From Ignavibacteriota bacterium (GTDB taxonomy: Bacteria; Bacteroidota; Ignavibacteria; UBA10030; UBA6906), in assembly GCA_963801355.1 (NCBI GenBank), contig CAWDEM010000008.1:2368001-2432000 (forward strand): a stretch of 64,000 nucleotides of DNA. Reading direction: 5' to 3'. Shown here piece after piece: positions 10,748-21,850 of this stretch. Position numbers and translations under genes: made by a program. The notes beneath the pieces are model-generated. The model had not been told where the DNA came from. It made no database searches and worked only from the letters and a program-made list of their open reading frames with translations. The first letter of the stretch is position 1. Each line of letters opens with the position of its first letter.

Positions 10748-11410
10748 ATGATCGAAGTCCGAAATGTGTCAAAATCCTACCGGCGTGATTCACTCAAGAT
10801 CCCTGTGCTTTCCGCGATTACATTGACCATTCCCGACGCTGAATTCCTCGCGCTGATGGGACCATCGGGATCGGGGAAAACCACCCTGCTGAACCTGATT
10901 GCCGGAATTGACCGGCCCGACGCCGGGACCATCGCGGTGAACGGAACCGATGTTGGCTCACTCGGTGAATCGCAGCTTGCCAGCTGGCGGTCGAGAAATG
11001 TCGGTTTCATCTTTCAGTTCTACAATCTTCTTCCGGTGCTCACCGCGTTCGAAAATGTTGAACTCCCCCTGCTGCTGACGCACCTTTCCAGAAAAGAACG
11101 GAGAGAGCACGTTGCGGCCGCGCTGCAGCTGGTAGGGCTGGGGGACCGGATCCATCACTATCCGAAACAACTCTCCGGCGGCCAGGAGCAGCGGGTAGCA
11201 ATTGCCAGGGCGATTGTCACGGACCCGGCCGTGCTGGTGGCGGATGAGCCGACCGGCGACCTTGACCGCACGTCGGCCGCCGAAGTGATGACACTACTGG
11301 AACGGCTGAACCGTGAATTCAACAAGACCGTCGTGATGGTCACACATGATCCGAGAGCGGCGGAAAAGGCCCACAAGGTGATGCACCTTGACAAGGGCGA
11401 GTTGAGCTGA
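10748..11410 (+). CDS. ABC transporter ATP-binding protein (MacB/LolD-type)
   Basis: [34 protein letters not shown]. Confidence 0.95.
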   Translation: MIEVRNVSKSYRRDSLKIPVLSAITLTIPDAEFLALMGPSGSGKTTLLNLIAGIDRPDAGTIAVNGTDVGSLGESQLASWRSRNVGFIFQFYNLLPVLTAFENVELPLLLTHLSRKERREHVAAALQLVGLGDRIHHYPKQLSGGQEQRVAIARAIVTDPAVLVADEPTGDLDRTSAAEVMTLLERLNREFNKTVVMVTHDPRAAEKAHKVMHLDKGELS

Positions 11411-11420
11411 GGAGCACGGC

Positions 11421-12587
11421 ATGTTCGTCCTTCGACTCGTTCTGAAAAACGCCTTTCGCCACAAGCTGAGAACGGCACTGACCGTCTTCGGCATCGCCAT
11501 CGCAGTCCTCTCATTCGGTTTTCTGCGGACGGTGGTCACGGCCTGGTCATACGGCGTCGAGGCGTCCGCCGCGAATCGGATGATCACGCGTCACTCCGTT
11601 TCCTTTATCTTCCCCCTGCCCATCACATACCGTGACCAGATCGCTCGGATACCGGGAGTGAGTATGATCACCTGGGCAAACTGGTTCCAGGGTGGCTACA
11701 AGGATCCGGCGGACTTCAACAATTTCTTTCCCCGCCTGGCGATTGATGCGGATACGTATTTCAATGTGTACCCCGAGCTGCTCGTCCCACCCGGGCAACT
11801 GGCCACATTCAAGAAGGAACGGAACGCGTGCATCATCGGTGCCAAGATCGCGAAGCAGCACGGTCTAGCCATAGGCGACATCATCCCCATCGAAGGAGAC
11901 ATCTACCCCGGCCACTGGGAGTTCGTCGTACGAGGAATCTACAAGGGTCGCGATCCGTCCACCGACGAAACTCAGATGTTCTTCCACTGGACTTACCTTG
12001 ATGAGCGCATCAAACAACTCTATGCCGGACGGGAAGGGCTCGTAGGCTGGTATGTGTTCCTGGTGGACAGGCCCGCCGATATGCCGGCTGTCGCACAGAC
12101 CATAGACAGGATGTTCGAGAACTCACGTGCAGGAACAAAGTCGGAAACAGAGAAGGAGTTCCAACAGAGTTTTGTATCGATGTCCAGTTCGATTATCAGT
12201 TCCCTGGAAATCATCTCGTTCATCATCATTGGGATCATCCTTCTGGTGTTGGCCAACACCATCGTGATGGCCGCACGCGAGCGGACCACTGAATATGCCG
12301 TGCTGAAGACGATCGGGTTTTCGTCCATGCACATTGCCGGACTCATCAGCGGTGAGTCGCTTCTCATTGCCGGACTCGGAGGAGCGATCGGGCTTCTCCT
12401 GACGTTCCCGGTTGCCGGGGCCTTTGCCGGCATGTTCCCCACATTCTTTCCCGTGTTTAACGTGGAAGTGGTGACCATTCTGCTGGCAATAGCGGTCGCG
12501 GTGCTGGCCGGTGTCGTTGCTGCGTTGTTCCCAACACTCCGCGCATTGCGCACAAGCATTGCGGAAGGTCTTCGCGCGATAGGATAA
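11421..12587 (+). CDS. MacB/FtsX-type ABC permease
   Basis: RHKLRTALT start, periplasmic domain, [14 protein letters not shown], 4-TM topology. Confidence 0.9.
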   Translation: MFVLRLVLKNAFRHKLRTALTVFGIAIAVLSFGFLRTVVTAWSYGVEASAANRMITRHSVSFIFPLPITYRDQIARIPGVSMITWANWFQGGYKDPADFNNFFPRLAIDADTYFNVYPELLVPPGQLATFKKERNACIIGAKIAKQHGLAIGDIIPIEGDIYPGHWEFVVRGIYKGRDPSTDETQMFFHWTYLDERIKQLYAGREGLVGWYVFLVDRPADMPAVAQTIDRMFENSRAGTKSETEKEFQQSFVSMSSSIISSLEIISFIIIGIILLVLANTIVMAARERTTEYAVLKTIGFSSMHIAGLISGESLLIAGLGGAIGLLLTFPVAGAFAGMFPTFFPVFNVEVVTILLAIAVAVLAGVVAALFPTLRALRTSIAEGLRAIG

Positions 12588-12590
12588 AGC

Positions 12591-13760
12591 ATGAAGATAC
12601 CGTTCGCCTATACCTGGCGCAGCCTCTGGGCACGACGCCTCACGACAGTCCTCACGGTGGGAGGTATTACCCTCGTCGCGTTCGTCTTCGCTGCGGTCCT
12701 GATGCTTGCACGAGGTCTTGAAGAAACCCTCGTGGAGACGGGATCGGAGGATAACGCGATCGTCCTGCGCAGGAGCGCCGGATCGGAACTGGTGAGCCAG
12801 ATCGAGAGAGACGGAGCCAATGTCATCAGGACCCATCCGGAAATTGCCCTGCTGTCGGACGGCAATCCTTTCGTTTCTTCAGAGACCTGTGTTATCATCA
12901 ACCTCCTGAAGAAAGAATCCAAGGATATGGGCAACATTACCGTCCGCGGTGTGTCTCCTCCCGGGCTCCAACTTCGCCCGCAGGTCACTCTTGCGGAGGG
13001 TCGGTGGTTTACATTTGGCTCCACAGAGATTGTCGTGGGTGCCAGTATCGCAAAAAGATTCCTCAACGCCACGATAGGCGACACAATCCGCTTCGGAGAC
13101 GCTCGGTGGCACATCGTGGGTGTGATCGACGGCAAGGGTACGGCGTTTGATTCGGAGATCTGGGGTGATGTGGACCAGATGATGGCGTCGTTCGGGCGCC
13201 CCGTGTTTTCCTCGCTCCTCCTCCGGCTCCAAAACCGGGATGCATTCGAAGCGCTGAAACTCCGCATCGAGAAGGACCCCCGGACCCAGGCCGCCGAACT
13301 GAAGCGTGAAACCACATTCTATCGCGAACAGTCCCAGATGATGTCGAACTTCATCAAGATTCTGGGCATCATCGTGACGATCATCTTCAGTATCGGATCA
13401 ATGGTTGGCGCCATGATCACGATGTATGCCGCGGTCGCAAACCGAACGGTGGAAATCGGCACGATGCGGGCACTCGGGTTCCGGCGCCGGAGCATCCTGG
13501 GAGCATTCCTCGTGGAAGCGATTCTGCTGTCGCTTATCGGCGGGTTCCTGGGGGTCGCGCTTGCATCGCTGCTGTCAATGGTCAAGATCTCCACTACGAA
13601 TTTCGGCAGCTTCTCAGAGCTCGCATTTGGCTTCCAACTCTCGCCGGAAATCATCATGAGCACGCTCTTGTTCGCCGTCGCAATGGGAATCGTCGGCGGA
13701 TTTCTCCCGGCCGTGCGGGCGGCGCGGTTGGATATTCTCAGCGCGCTGCGGTCAGCGTAG
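12591..13760 (+). CDS. MacB/FtsX-type ABC permease
   Basis: RTVEIGTMRALGF; PAVRAARLDILSALR C-terminus. Confidence 0.9.
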   Translation: MKIPFAYTWRSLWARRLTTVLTVGGITLVAFVFAAVLMLARGLEETLVETGSEDNAIVLRRSAGSELVSQIERDGANVIRTHPEIALLSDGNPFVSSETCVIINLLKKESKDMGNITVRGVSPPGLQLRPQVTLAEGRWFTFGSTEIVVGASIAKRFLNATIGDTIRFGDARWHIVGVIDGKGTAFDSEIWGDVDQMMASFGRPVFSSLLLRLQNRDAFEALKLRIEKDPRTQAAELKRETTFYREQSQMMSNFIKILGIIVTIIFSIGSMVGAMITMYAAVANRTVEIGTMRALGFRRRSILGAFLVEAILLSLIGGFLGVALASLLSMVKISTTNFGSFSELAFGFQLSPEIIMSTLLFAVAMGIVGGFLPAVRAARLDILSALRSA

Positions 13761-14457
13761 CTCGCTGCAGCCAACGAATGAACGGCATCGCCGCGGTGAA
13801 CACACGCACAACGTTCTCAAGAAACCGCGGCTTCAGGCATTCCTTCTCGTCGTATTCAACGCCCACGTAGAATTGCTTGAGCTGCAGGTACCGGATCATC
13901 GGGTGATCGTCCCGATATCCCAGCGGCGCCCTCTGAAGACGGTCTCCGAGTATCTCTCCGAACACCTTCTTGAACGCGGGGTCATTGATCACCTCCCGGA
14001 GTTCTTCCGGTTTTGCGGCAATCCATGCGCGAATCGATTTGAGCTGTTCACTATCCGGCATGTAGATCCCTCCTCCCACGAAGATCTCTCCGAGTTCCAC
14101 GCCCACATACAGGCCGGCGGTGCCTTTTCTCTCGTTCAGGGCACGCGACGCAAAACTGGCGGCGATGTTGGTCTTGTACGGGGTCTTGTCGTGTGAAAAA
14201 CGTGTATCCCTGTAGACCCGGAATATCGATCTGCGCGGATGGAAGTCAAAGTCCGGTGCAACCTCCGTCATTCGCAGCCGGAGCGACGCGATGAGGCACT
14301 CCATGGGAAAACGGACAAGCTCTTCATAGTCCGTTTTGTGCTTCTGAAACCAGGGACGGTTGTTATTGCGCTTCAGCCGTCGCAGGAAGGCCAGACCTTC
14401 CGGCGGAAAACCCGCAAACGGCGGGTACGCGAGCTCTTCAAGAGGATGAGAGGTCAT
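13738..14457 (-). CDS. DUF2461-family conserved protein
   Basis: FLRRLKRNNNRPWF and FRVYRDTRFSHDKTPYK signatures; start taken at ATG 14457. Confidence 0.85.
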   Translation of the reverse strand: MTSHPLEELAYPPFAGFPPEGLAFLRRLKRNNNRPWFQKHKTDYEELVRFPMECLIASLRLRMTEVAPDFDFHPRRSIFRVYRDTRFSHDKTPYKTNIAASFASRALNERKGTAGLYVGVELGEIFVGGGIYMPDSEQLKSIRAWIAAKPEELREVINDPAFKKVFGEILGDRLQRAPLGYRDDHPMIRYLQLKQFYVGVEYDEKECLKPRFLENVVRVFTAAMPFIRWLQRATLTAAR

Positions 14458-14464
14458 GAGGCTT

Positions 14465-15616
14465 CTACTCCATTGTTTTCCTGAACCGCACAACGCTGAG
14501 GGAGAAGATAACAATTCCCAGACCAAAGAGCGCAAGAGTCTGCGGCCAGAGTTCCGCAAGTCCCGCCCCCTTCAGGAGTATCCCGCGCACAATCTCCAGA
14601 AAATACCGGAGCGGGATCAGATAGGTGAATGGCTGGATCACCGGGGGCATGTTGGCGATCGGGAACGCAAATCCCGAAAGAAACATGAAAGGCATGAAGA
14701 AAAAGAATTGCGCGATCAGCATAGCCTGCTGCTGGCTCTTGGATATCGTCGACACGAAGAGCCCGAGGCCCAGCGTCGTCAGAATAAACAACCCGCTCAG
14801 CCCGAACAGGACGACGAGACTCCCTCGCATGGGCACGCCGAACCAGAACCGCGCGAGGCCCAGCACGACGATGACATCCACAAAGCCGATGAGCGTGAAG
14901 GGGATCAGCTTCCCAATGATGAGCTGATAGGGTTGTACCGGAGTGACCAGCAATTGTTCCATCGTGCCGATCTCCTTTTCCTTGACGATGCTGAGGGAGG
15001 TCAGCGTCATGGTGATGAGCATGAGCACGAGCGCCACAACACCGGGCACCATAAAATTGGAACTCTTCAGGTCGGGATTGAACCAGATGCGGGGTTCGGG
15101 AAGCACACGAGAGAGACCACCCTGCATCTGCGCCCGGTATTCGGCCAGAATCTTCTGGGATGACGATGCGACGATATTCGTGGCATAGTTCAGCAGAATG
15201 TTCGAGGTGTTGGCGTCCGTCCCATCGAGCACCACCTGCACGGGCGAGGTACGATGCGCGAGGATGTCGGCACCGAAGCGCCGGGGGATCATCAGCGCAA
15301 TCCGGGCCCGCCCGGTCTCGATATACGTGTCGGCCTCGGCAGGTACGTCGACGGAGTACCGCAGAATGAAGTACCCTGAAGAAGTGAACTCCCGGATGAA
15401 TTCCCGGCTCTCCTGCGTTCGGTCCTGATCGCAGACCACCAGATCACTGTTCGTGATATCCGTCGTGGCCGCATAGCCCAGCAAGAGCACCTGCAGCACG
15501 GGAGCGGCGATCGACACTCCCAGCATCTTGCGGTCATGCCGGACTTGTAGCAGTTCCTTCCGGACAATGACGCCGATGATATGGAGTGAACGCCGTAGGG
15601 AGGCTTTGCGATTCAC
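14465..15616 (-). CDS. ABC-2 permease (YbhR/YbhS-like)
   Basis: WFNPDLKS, VKEKEIGTMEQLLVTP, LSGFAFPIANMP. Confidence 0.9.
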   Translation of the reverse strand: MNRKASLRRSLHIIGVIVRKELLQVRHDRKMLGVSIAAPVLQVLLLGYAATTDITNSDLVVCDQDRTQESREFIREFTSSGYFILRYSVDVPAEADTYIETGRARIALMIPRRFGADILAHRTSPVQVVLDGTDANTSNILLNYATNIVASSSQKILAEYRAQMQGGLSRVLPEPRIWFNPDLKSSNFMVPGVVALVLMLITMTLTSLSIVKEKEIGTMEQLLVTPVQPYQLIIGKLIPFTLIGFVDVIVVLGLARFWFGVPMRGSLVVLFGLSGLFILTTLGLGLFVSTISKSQQQAMLIAQFFFFMPFMFLSGFAFPIANMPPVIQPFTYLIPLRYFLEIVRGILLKGAGLAELWPQTLALFGLGIVIFSLSVVRFRKTME

Positions 15617-15632
15617 GATTTCTCTCTCCTCA

Positions 15633-16760
15633 TCATGCGGCCCGTTTCTGGAATCTCTTCACGCTGATACCGAGCGTGATCGCGGCAAACAGCAGGAGAT
15701 AGAGGAATTGCGGCAAGACGGCCTCGGCACCCACGCCTTTCAGCATCACCGCGCGGACCACCACCAGGAAGAACTTGACCGCGGCAATATTCGAAAGCAC
15801 CTGCAGAACGACCGGCATGCTGGATACCGGAAATATGAAGCCGGACAGCAGGAATGACGGCAGGAGCGAAGAAAACACGGAGACGAGAAACGCAACCTGC
15901 TGGGAATCGGTGACGGTGGAGATAAGCAGCCCCTGCCCGAGAGCACCCAGGACAACCAGGAGGATGCCCGCATAGAGGACAAGCAGACTCCCTTTGATCT
16001 CAATAGCAAAGAGGAAATATCCGAGGATCAGGATGAGCGTCGCGGAAACCAGAGCAATCGCCATGTACGGCAGTGTCTTCCCCAGAATCACCTGTACGGG
16101 ACGCAGGGGTGAAACCATGATCTGATCCATTGTCCCCCGTTCCTTTTCGCGGACAACGGTCATGGATGTCGAAATGACACCTGTCAACATGATGATGAAC
16201 CCGATGAGCCCGGGGACGAGAAACTTTGAGGACACCAGATCCGGATTGTACCAGATCCGTGGTTCGAAATCGATGGGCTGGTACAGTGTCCTGCCCGCCT
16301 GCCGGAACGCATCCAGAATGAGCGATGATGAGAATTCCACCGTGATGCGCGAAGCATAGCCGACCGCCTGCCCGGCGGTGTTCGCATCGGAACCGTCCAC
16401 GAGGATCTGCACATGCGTTTCCTGGCCGGCGAGAAGATCATGTCCGAAAGTCGAAGGAACAACCAGCGCCACCTTTGCCTTGCCGTCCAGAAACAGGTGC
16501 TCGATTTCCCGATAGCTGTGGACTTCATAGGCGTAGGTGAAATACTCGGAATGTTTGAATTTCTGAAGAAACTCCCTGCTTTCGGCGCCCCCGTTCTGGT
16601 CAAAGACCGCCAGGGGAATGTGCTTCACGTCAAAATTCAACGCATAACCGACCATGACGATCAATACGGCAGGCAGGACAAGAAGCATCCCCAGGGATGT
16701 GGGATCACGGCTGATCTGCCGGAATTCCTTGATGATGATCGGCTTGAGTGCACGCAGCAT
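15633..16760 (-). CDS. ABC-2 permease (YbhS/YbhR-like)
   Basis: KEFRQISRD, WYNPDL, REKERGTMDQIMVSP. Confidence 0.9.
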   Translation of the reverse strand: MLRALKPIIIKEFRQISRDPTSLGMLLVLPAVLIVMVGYALNFDVKHIPLAVFDQNGGAESREFLQKFKHSEYFTYAYEVHSYREIEHLFLDGKAKVALVVPSTFGHDLLAGQETHVQILVDGSDANTAGQAVGYASRITVEFSSSLILDAFRQAGRTLYQPIDFEPRIWYNPDLVSSKFLVPGLIGFIIMLTGVISTSMTVVREKERGTMDQIMVSPLRPVQVILGKTLPYMAIALVSATLILILGYFLFAIEIKGSLLVLYAGILLVVLGALGQGLLISTVTDSQQVAFLVSVFSSLLPSFLLSGFIFPVSSMPVVLQVLSNIAAVKFFLVVVRAVMLKGVGAEAVLPQFLYLLLFAAITLGISVKRFQKRAA

Positions 16761-16783
16761 AGTCGTTCCTCGCGTCCTTTCCG

Positions 16784-17737
16784 TCAGGCAGCCTGAGAGT
16801 TCTTCGCGTCCTTCTCCAGAAGGGCGAGGAAAACATCCTCGAGTGACGGCACAATGCGTTCGATCCGCGCGATGTCCATGCCTCCCTCTGACAGCGTACT
16901 CCGGAGGGCGCGGACACCGCTTCCCTCCTCCGGCACCATCACGTGAAGCTTTGTCCCGAATACCGATGTCTCGAGAGCCCAGGGTTGCACGCGGACGATT
17001 TCGAGCGCATCGACGATGCTGCCTGACTTCAGGGCCACTTCCAGCAGCGGTGTCGTGATGTGGGTGGTCTTCAACTCCGTCGGACTCCCTCCCGCGATCA
17101 ATCGCCCGGCATTGATCAGCATGATGTCGTTGCAGTATTCGGCTTCATCCAGGAAGTGCGTGGTGACAAGCACGGTCACCCCTTCGCCCGAGAGATGGTT
17201 GATGAGTTCCCAGAAATTCCTTCGTGAGATGGGGTCGACACCGCCTGTCGGCTCGTCGAGAAAGATGATCGCTGGCTGATGGAGAATCGCACATCCAAGT
17301 GCCAGACGCTGCTTCCAGCCCCCCGAGAGGGTCCTGGTCATGCTGCCCTCCCTTCCCTGCAGGTCGGCCATCCCGAGGACCCATCCCATCCGTTCATTGA
17401 GTTGGGCTTCTGAAAGGCCGTACACACCGCCGAAGAAACGGATGTTCTGCTCCACGGTCAGATCATCATACAGGGAGAAACGTTGCGACATGTAGCCAAT
17501 ATTCTGCTTGACCATTTCGGTCTGGGTGGCAATGTTGTACCCGCCGACGACGGCAGTACCGGAGGTTGCCTGTAAGAGTCCGCACAGCATTCTGATGGTC
17601 GTAGATTTTCCGGCGCCGTTCGCTCCGAGGAACCCGAAGATCTCTCCCTTCTTCACGGTGAAACTCAACCGATCGACGGCTGTGAACCTGCCAAAACGTT
17701 TCGTCAGTTCACGGACCTCAATGGCCGGCGCACTCAT
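16784..17737 (-). CDS. ABC transporter ATP-binding protein (YbhF C-half-like)
   Basis: GANGAGKST, LSGGWKQRL, DEPTGGVDP. Confidence 0.93.
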   Translation of the reverse strand: MSAPAIEVRELTKRFGRFTAVDRLSFTVKKGEIFGFLGANGAGKSTTIRMLCGLLQATSGTAVVGGYNIATQTEMVKQNIGYMSQRFSLYDDLTVEQNIRFFGGVYGLSEAQLNERMGWVLGMADLQGREGSMTRTLSGGWKQRLALGCAILHQPAIIFLDEPTGGVDPISRRNFWELINHLSGEGVTVLVTTHFLDEAEYCNDIMLINAGRLIAGGSPTELKTTHITTPLLEVALKSGSIVDALEIVRVQPWALETSVFGTKLHVMVPEEGSGVRALRSTLSEGGMDIARIERIVPSLEDVFLALLEKDAKNSQAA

Positions 17738-19053
17738 GGTGCGGTGCTCCCCAGAGAGCGCACAAGGCGGGCACGGCTGATTTCCGACTCCACCCGCGCA
17801 CCGCTTTGTGTGATCATCGCCTGCACCAGCGCCACTTCGGCATCCCGCAGTTCGGTCACGGTGACGAGGCCGCGCCGGAACCGGTCGGTGGACACGCGGA
17901 GATTTTCTTCCGCCTGACGCAATCCGAGGTCAGCCACCTCCACCCGCTCGCGGGCGCGCCGGACCTGCAGAGCCGAACGGTGAACGTCCAGTGCAACACC
18001 CTCACGCATGTGTTCATACATCAATTCGTTCTGCCGCAATGTTGCCTCGGCCTGGTCCGCCTGTCGTGCTGTCATTCCCCAGTTCCAGATATCCATGGTG
18101 AGCATGACGCCGACATCCCAGGTCCCTTTGAATTCATCCCGCGTCGGCATATAGCGTTGGTTCGGGCGGCTGTAATAATAGTTCGCGCCCAGAAGAATCT
18201 GCGGCCACCACCCGGCCTGCGCCGCGCGGACGCCCGCACGGGAGGCTTCGACGCGCGAACCCAGCGCCCGGAGGTCGGAACGCTCCGCGAGGGCCGTCGT
18301 GGTCAGCGAGTCGATCAGGCCGGGCGACCAACCCGCCCCCGAATCAGGCACGGAGGCGGGTAGCAACGGGTCATCCACGGGCCGCCCGAGCAAAGTATTG
18401 AGGCTCATCGTCGCAAGTTGCACATCGTTTCTCGCATCGATGAGGGAAAGGCGCGCAGTGGACACCTGCACATCCATCTTGAGCGCGTCGTTGCGGGTTG
18501 CCATTCCGGCCTTGAGAAGATTGCCGATGTCCCGCACATACCCCTCGAGGCGCCGGACATTATCGGCGACGAAACGTTCCGTCTCCCGGGTCTGATAGAG
18601 TGTCCAGTATGCCGCGGTGATGTTCAACACGAGATCCGCGCGGTCGGTGGCGTGATCCGCTCTGCTCGCTTCTGCAAGACGGTCCGCCGCCTCCACGTTG
18701 CTTCGTAAACGGAAGCCGGTGAACAGCGGCTGCTGCACCCCGAGGCGCAGGTTGGTATTATCGAGCACGGTCGGGGATATCTCGATGGGCTGGGGCAGCA
18801 TCGGGAGCTTGACCTGAAACGGATCGACATCCGAGAGCCGTTTGTAGCTCGCTTCGAACTTGAGCGACGGAAGCATCCCCGCGTGGACTTCCATCGCCCG
18901 TGCCTCGGTCCCGGCAACGCGGGCGGCTGAAGCACGGAGTGTGCGGCTGTTCGCCAGCCCCATTGAAACCGCTTCCTGCAGCGTCAGGGCGTCGTGGCCT
19001 TGCGCCACACCGGAAAAAGCGGTCAACAGCAGGAGAAGGACGACACGTTTCAT
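17734..19053 (-). CDS. TolC-family outer membrane efflux protein
   Basis: Signal peptide, LTLQEAV start, two OEP-like repeats (QPLFTG). Confidence 0.88.
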   Translation of the reverse strand: MKRVVLLLLLTAFSGVAQGHDALTLQEAVSMGLANSRTLRASAARVAGTEARAMEVHAGMLPSLKFEASYKRLSDVDPFQVKLPMLPQPIEISPTVLDNTNLRLGVQQPLFTGFRLRSNVEAADRLAEASRADHATDRADLVLNITAAYWTLYQTRETERFVADNVRRLEGYVRDIGNLLKAGMATRNDALKMDVQVSTARLSLIDARNDVQLATMSLNTLLGRPVDDPLLPASVPDSGAGWSPGLIDSLTTTALAERSDLRALGSRVEASRAGVRAAQAGWWPQILLGANYYYSRPNQRYMPTRDEFKGTWDVGVMLTMDIWNWGMTARQADQAEATLRQNELMYEHMREGVALDVHRSALQVRRARERVEVADLGLRQAEENLRVSTDRFRRGLVTVTELRDAEVALVQAMITQSGARVESEISRARLVRSLGSTAP

Positions 19054-19976
19054 GCAGCACCTTCGGGATGAGTCAACATGGAAATGAAGACGTTTTCAAG
19101 AGACGGACTGATGACACGCGCTGACGCTACCGAGATGCCCGCCCCCCGCAGGGCATCCTGCAGGGCCGGTGTCTCCCGCCGAGCGTCGTCGACAATCACA
19201 TTGAGACGGTCACCGAATGCCTGGACCTCTGCGGCGGGCCAGCGCTCTTTGAGCAACCTGAATCCCTCGCGCACTCTGTCGCACACGATTTCCACTACTT
19301 CGCCGCGCATAGCCTCCTTCATGATCTCGGGCGTGTCAACCTGCAGGAGCTTTCCCAGATTCATGAACGCCACACGGGAGCAACGCTCCGCCTCGTCCAG
19401 GTACGGAGTGCTCATGACAATCGTAATACCCTGCCGCAGCAGGTTTTGCAGGATCTTCCAGAAGTCGCGGCGCGAAACAGGATCGACACCCGTCGTGGGC
19501 TCATCAAGGAAGATGATCTTCGGGGTGTGTACCAGCGTGCATGCGAGAGCAAGCTTCTGTTTCATGCCGCCCGAAAGGCGGTCCGCCAGCCGATCCCGGA
19601 AAGGCGTGAGGCGGGTAAACGCCAGTAACTCCTCACGCCGCTCGCGGTAGTTGAAGACCTGATTGATCTCGGCGAAGAACTCGATGTTCTCGTCGACCGT
19701 CATGTCGCCGTACAGGGAGAATCGCTGGGAGAGATACCCGATATGACGTTTGATGGCGTCGGACTCCCTTACCAGGTCGTACCCCATGACGGTCGCGGAA
19801 CCGTTTGACGGCAGCAGAATGCCGCACAGCATCCGGATCGTGGTGGTCTTTCCGGCACCGTCGGGGCCCACGAGGCTGAACATCTCCCCTTCCTGTACCG
19901 TCAGATCAATGCCATCCACGGCGTGTACCGTGCCGAATCTACGGCAGAGATTCCGCACTTCGATGATCGGAGCCAT
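19050..19976 (-). CDS. ABC transporter ATP-binding protein (YbhF N-half-like)
   Basis: GPDGAGKTT, LSGGMKQKL, DEPTTGVDPVSRR, STPYLDEAE. Confidence 0.93.
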   Translation of the reverse strand: MAPIIEVRNLCRRFGTVHAVDGIDLTVQEGEMFSLVGPDGAGKTTTIRMLCGILLPSNGSATVMGYDLVRESDAIKRHIGYLSQRFSLYGDMTVDENIEFFAEINQVFNYRERREELLAFTRLTPFRDRLADRLSGGMKQKLALACTLVHTPKIIFLDEPTTGVDPVSRRDFWKILQNLLRQGITIVMSTPYLDEAERCSRVAFMNLGKLLQVDTPEIMKEAMRGEVVEIVCDRVREGFRLLKERWPAAEVQAFGDRLNVIVDDARRETPALQDALRGAGISVASARVISPSLENVFISMLTHPEGAA

Positions 19977-20917
19977 TACTTTTTCTCTTCGCCCGTGGTT
20001 ATCCTGGCATCCGCCGGGAGGCCGGGCTTCAGTGCGCCGTCGGGGTTCGCCGCCTCTATTTTCACGGCGAAGACCAGCTTCGTGCGCTCTTCCTTGGTCT
20101 GGACGTTTTTCGGTGTGAACTCGGCCACCGGGGATATATAGACTACCGTTCCGGGGAATGCCCGGGCCGGACCGAAGGAGTCGACAAAGATCTCGGCCTT
20201 CTGACTCAGGGTGACATCGCCGAGATCCGCTTCGTTGACGTAGATCGTGAGCTTCACCCGGTCGAGGTTCGTGAGCCGGACCACTCGCGTCCCGACCCCC
20301 ACCAGTTCACCGGGCTCGACGGCCCGGAGGGTAACGGTGCCGGCCGTCGGGGCGAGGATCGCGCAATTGCGCACGCGTTTGGCAAGGAGTTCTGCCTGTG
20401 CGGCGGCGGCATCGCGACGCGCCCGCGCCCCGGTGATCTCCTCCGGACGCAAGCCGGCCTTCAACTTCGCGTACGTTTGTCCTGCCGCCACGTACCGGGC
20501 ATAGGCATCGTCGTACTGCTTTTGCGTCACGGATTCCGCATCGATCAATTCCTTCATCCGCTTGTAGTCGGTCTCCGCCGTGCGAAAGGCGGCCTCGGCC
20601 TGGACAATGTCTTCGCGGCGCGATCCTTCCAGAGCAAGGCGATACGCCGACTCGAACGACGCAAGGTTGGCTTCGGCCTGTCGGAGCTGCAGACGGTACT
20701 CTTCATCGTCGATCAGCACGAGAGTATCGCCGGCCGTCACACGGGTGCCTTCGGCGACACGCACTGCCCGAACACCCCCCCCCACCTCGCTGCCGATGGT
20801 GATGTCTGTACCCTCGATGGTGCCGGAAGCTTCGATAACGCCGGGAGTGTTGTTGCTGCATCCCGCGAAAACGCCTGCGAGCGCTGCGAGAAAACCGGTG
20901 GCAAGAATGCGAAGCAT
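19976..20917 (-). CDS. HlyD/YbhG-type membrane fusion lipoprotein
   Basis: Lipobox FAGC; AEFTPKNVQTKEER motif; LKPGLPA. Confidence 0.9.
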   Translation of the reverse strand: MLRILATGFLAALAGVFAGCSNNTPGVIEASGTIEGTDITIGSEVGGGVRAVRVAEGTRVTAGDTLVLIDDEEYRLQLRQAEANLASFESAYRLALEGSRREDIVQAEAAFRTAETDYKRMKELIDAESVTQKQYDDAYARYVAAGQTYAKLKAGLRPEEITGARARRDAAAAQAELLAKRVRNCAILAPTAGTVTLRAVEPGELVGVGTRVVRLTNLDRVKLTIYVNEADLGDVTLSQKAEIFVDSFGPARAFPGTVVYISPVAEFTPKNVQTKEERTKLVFAVKIEAANPDGALKPGLPADARITTGEEKK

Positions 20918-20931
20918 GGGAGATCCTCTTC

Positions 20932-21558
20932 TTATGGATTGTCCTGAAGTCTTTGGAGGGCCTGAGCTGCGTCCGGCGTGAGAATGCCGCGCAGGAATAT
21001 CGTCACAATGCTCTGAAGGGCTTCATCGGCGGAAAACGGTTCGTTGGCCAGAACCGTCGGATTCAGGATGTTCTCTATGGTCGCGTAGAGTGCCAGGAGG
21101 AACACCCGTTGACTGATCTCGGGACGTACATATCCCGTTCGCTTCCCTTCATCGATGAGTGCAGCCCAGGTGGTCAGGATGCGCTGACGCCGGAACTCCT
21201 GAATCTTTCCCCAGGCCCCGGGGATGTACGTCTGCAAATCGCGTAGCAAGTTCTTGCTGATGGTCTTGAAAACGATACCGACGAGCTTCATGAGGCTATC
21301 GAGCTTTGCGGGGAAGAGTGCATCCATCGCCATAATGCCCTGCACTTTCAACTCGGTTTCCCCGAGCATCCGCTCAACGATTTCGTTCACAAGGTCTTCT
21401 TTGCGATCGAAGTATTTGTAGAAGGTCTTCTTGCTCATTCCGAGCTCTGAGGTGATTTCTTCGACAGAGACACGGGCAAATCCATCGAGAAAAAACCGTG
21501 CGCGGGCATGCTCGATGATTCTCTCTTTCGCCGGTTCTCGTGTATCTTTGGAAACCAT
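20932..21558 (-). CDS. TetR/AcrR-family transcriptional regulator
   Basis: HTH: GFARVSVEEITSELGMSKKTFYKYF..KEDL; heads the efflux operon. Confidence 0.92.
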   Translation of the reverse strand: MVSKDTREPAKERIIEHARARFFLDGFARVSVEEITSELGMSKKTFYKYFDRKEDLVNEIVERMLGETELKVQGIMAMDALFPAKLDSLMKLVGIVFKTISKNLLRDLQTYIPGAWGKIQEFRRQRILTTWAALIDEGKRTGYVRPEISQRVFLLALYATIENILNPTVLANEPFSADEALQSIVTIFLRGILTPDAAQALQRLQDNP

Positions 21559-21618
21559 AGATACTCTCGTTGTATTTTAAGTTTCCGAAAAACCCAAAAA
21601 AAATGCCTGAGGTGCGAT

Positions 21619-21674
21619 GAAAACTGTAGGCGTTTCTCTGGTTTCCAATATAACATATCGTAGCACAGTGTCAA
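21619..21674 (-). promoter_or_regulatory. Promoter and putative TetR operator of the efflux operon
   Basis: Minus TTGACA(21674-21669)-N16-TATATT; imperfect inverted repeat GAAAAC-N16-GTTTCC at 21619-21646. Confidence 0.5.
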
Positions 21675-21850
21675 GAAGAAAATCGAAGTTTCACGTTACA
21701 CAAGAGCCAACCGGCTTGTTGCCTGCTATGTTCAATGTCAAGCGAGTCACGCACACGAGTCTTGAACCCATTACCAGCCTGTTGACTATTCCCTTCTGGC
21801 GCCGTAGCTTTTCCGGAACGAATGGGATTGAAGAACCCGGGAGGCGGAAA

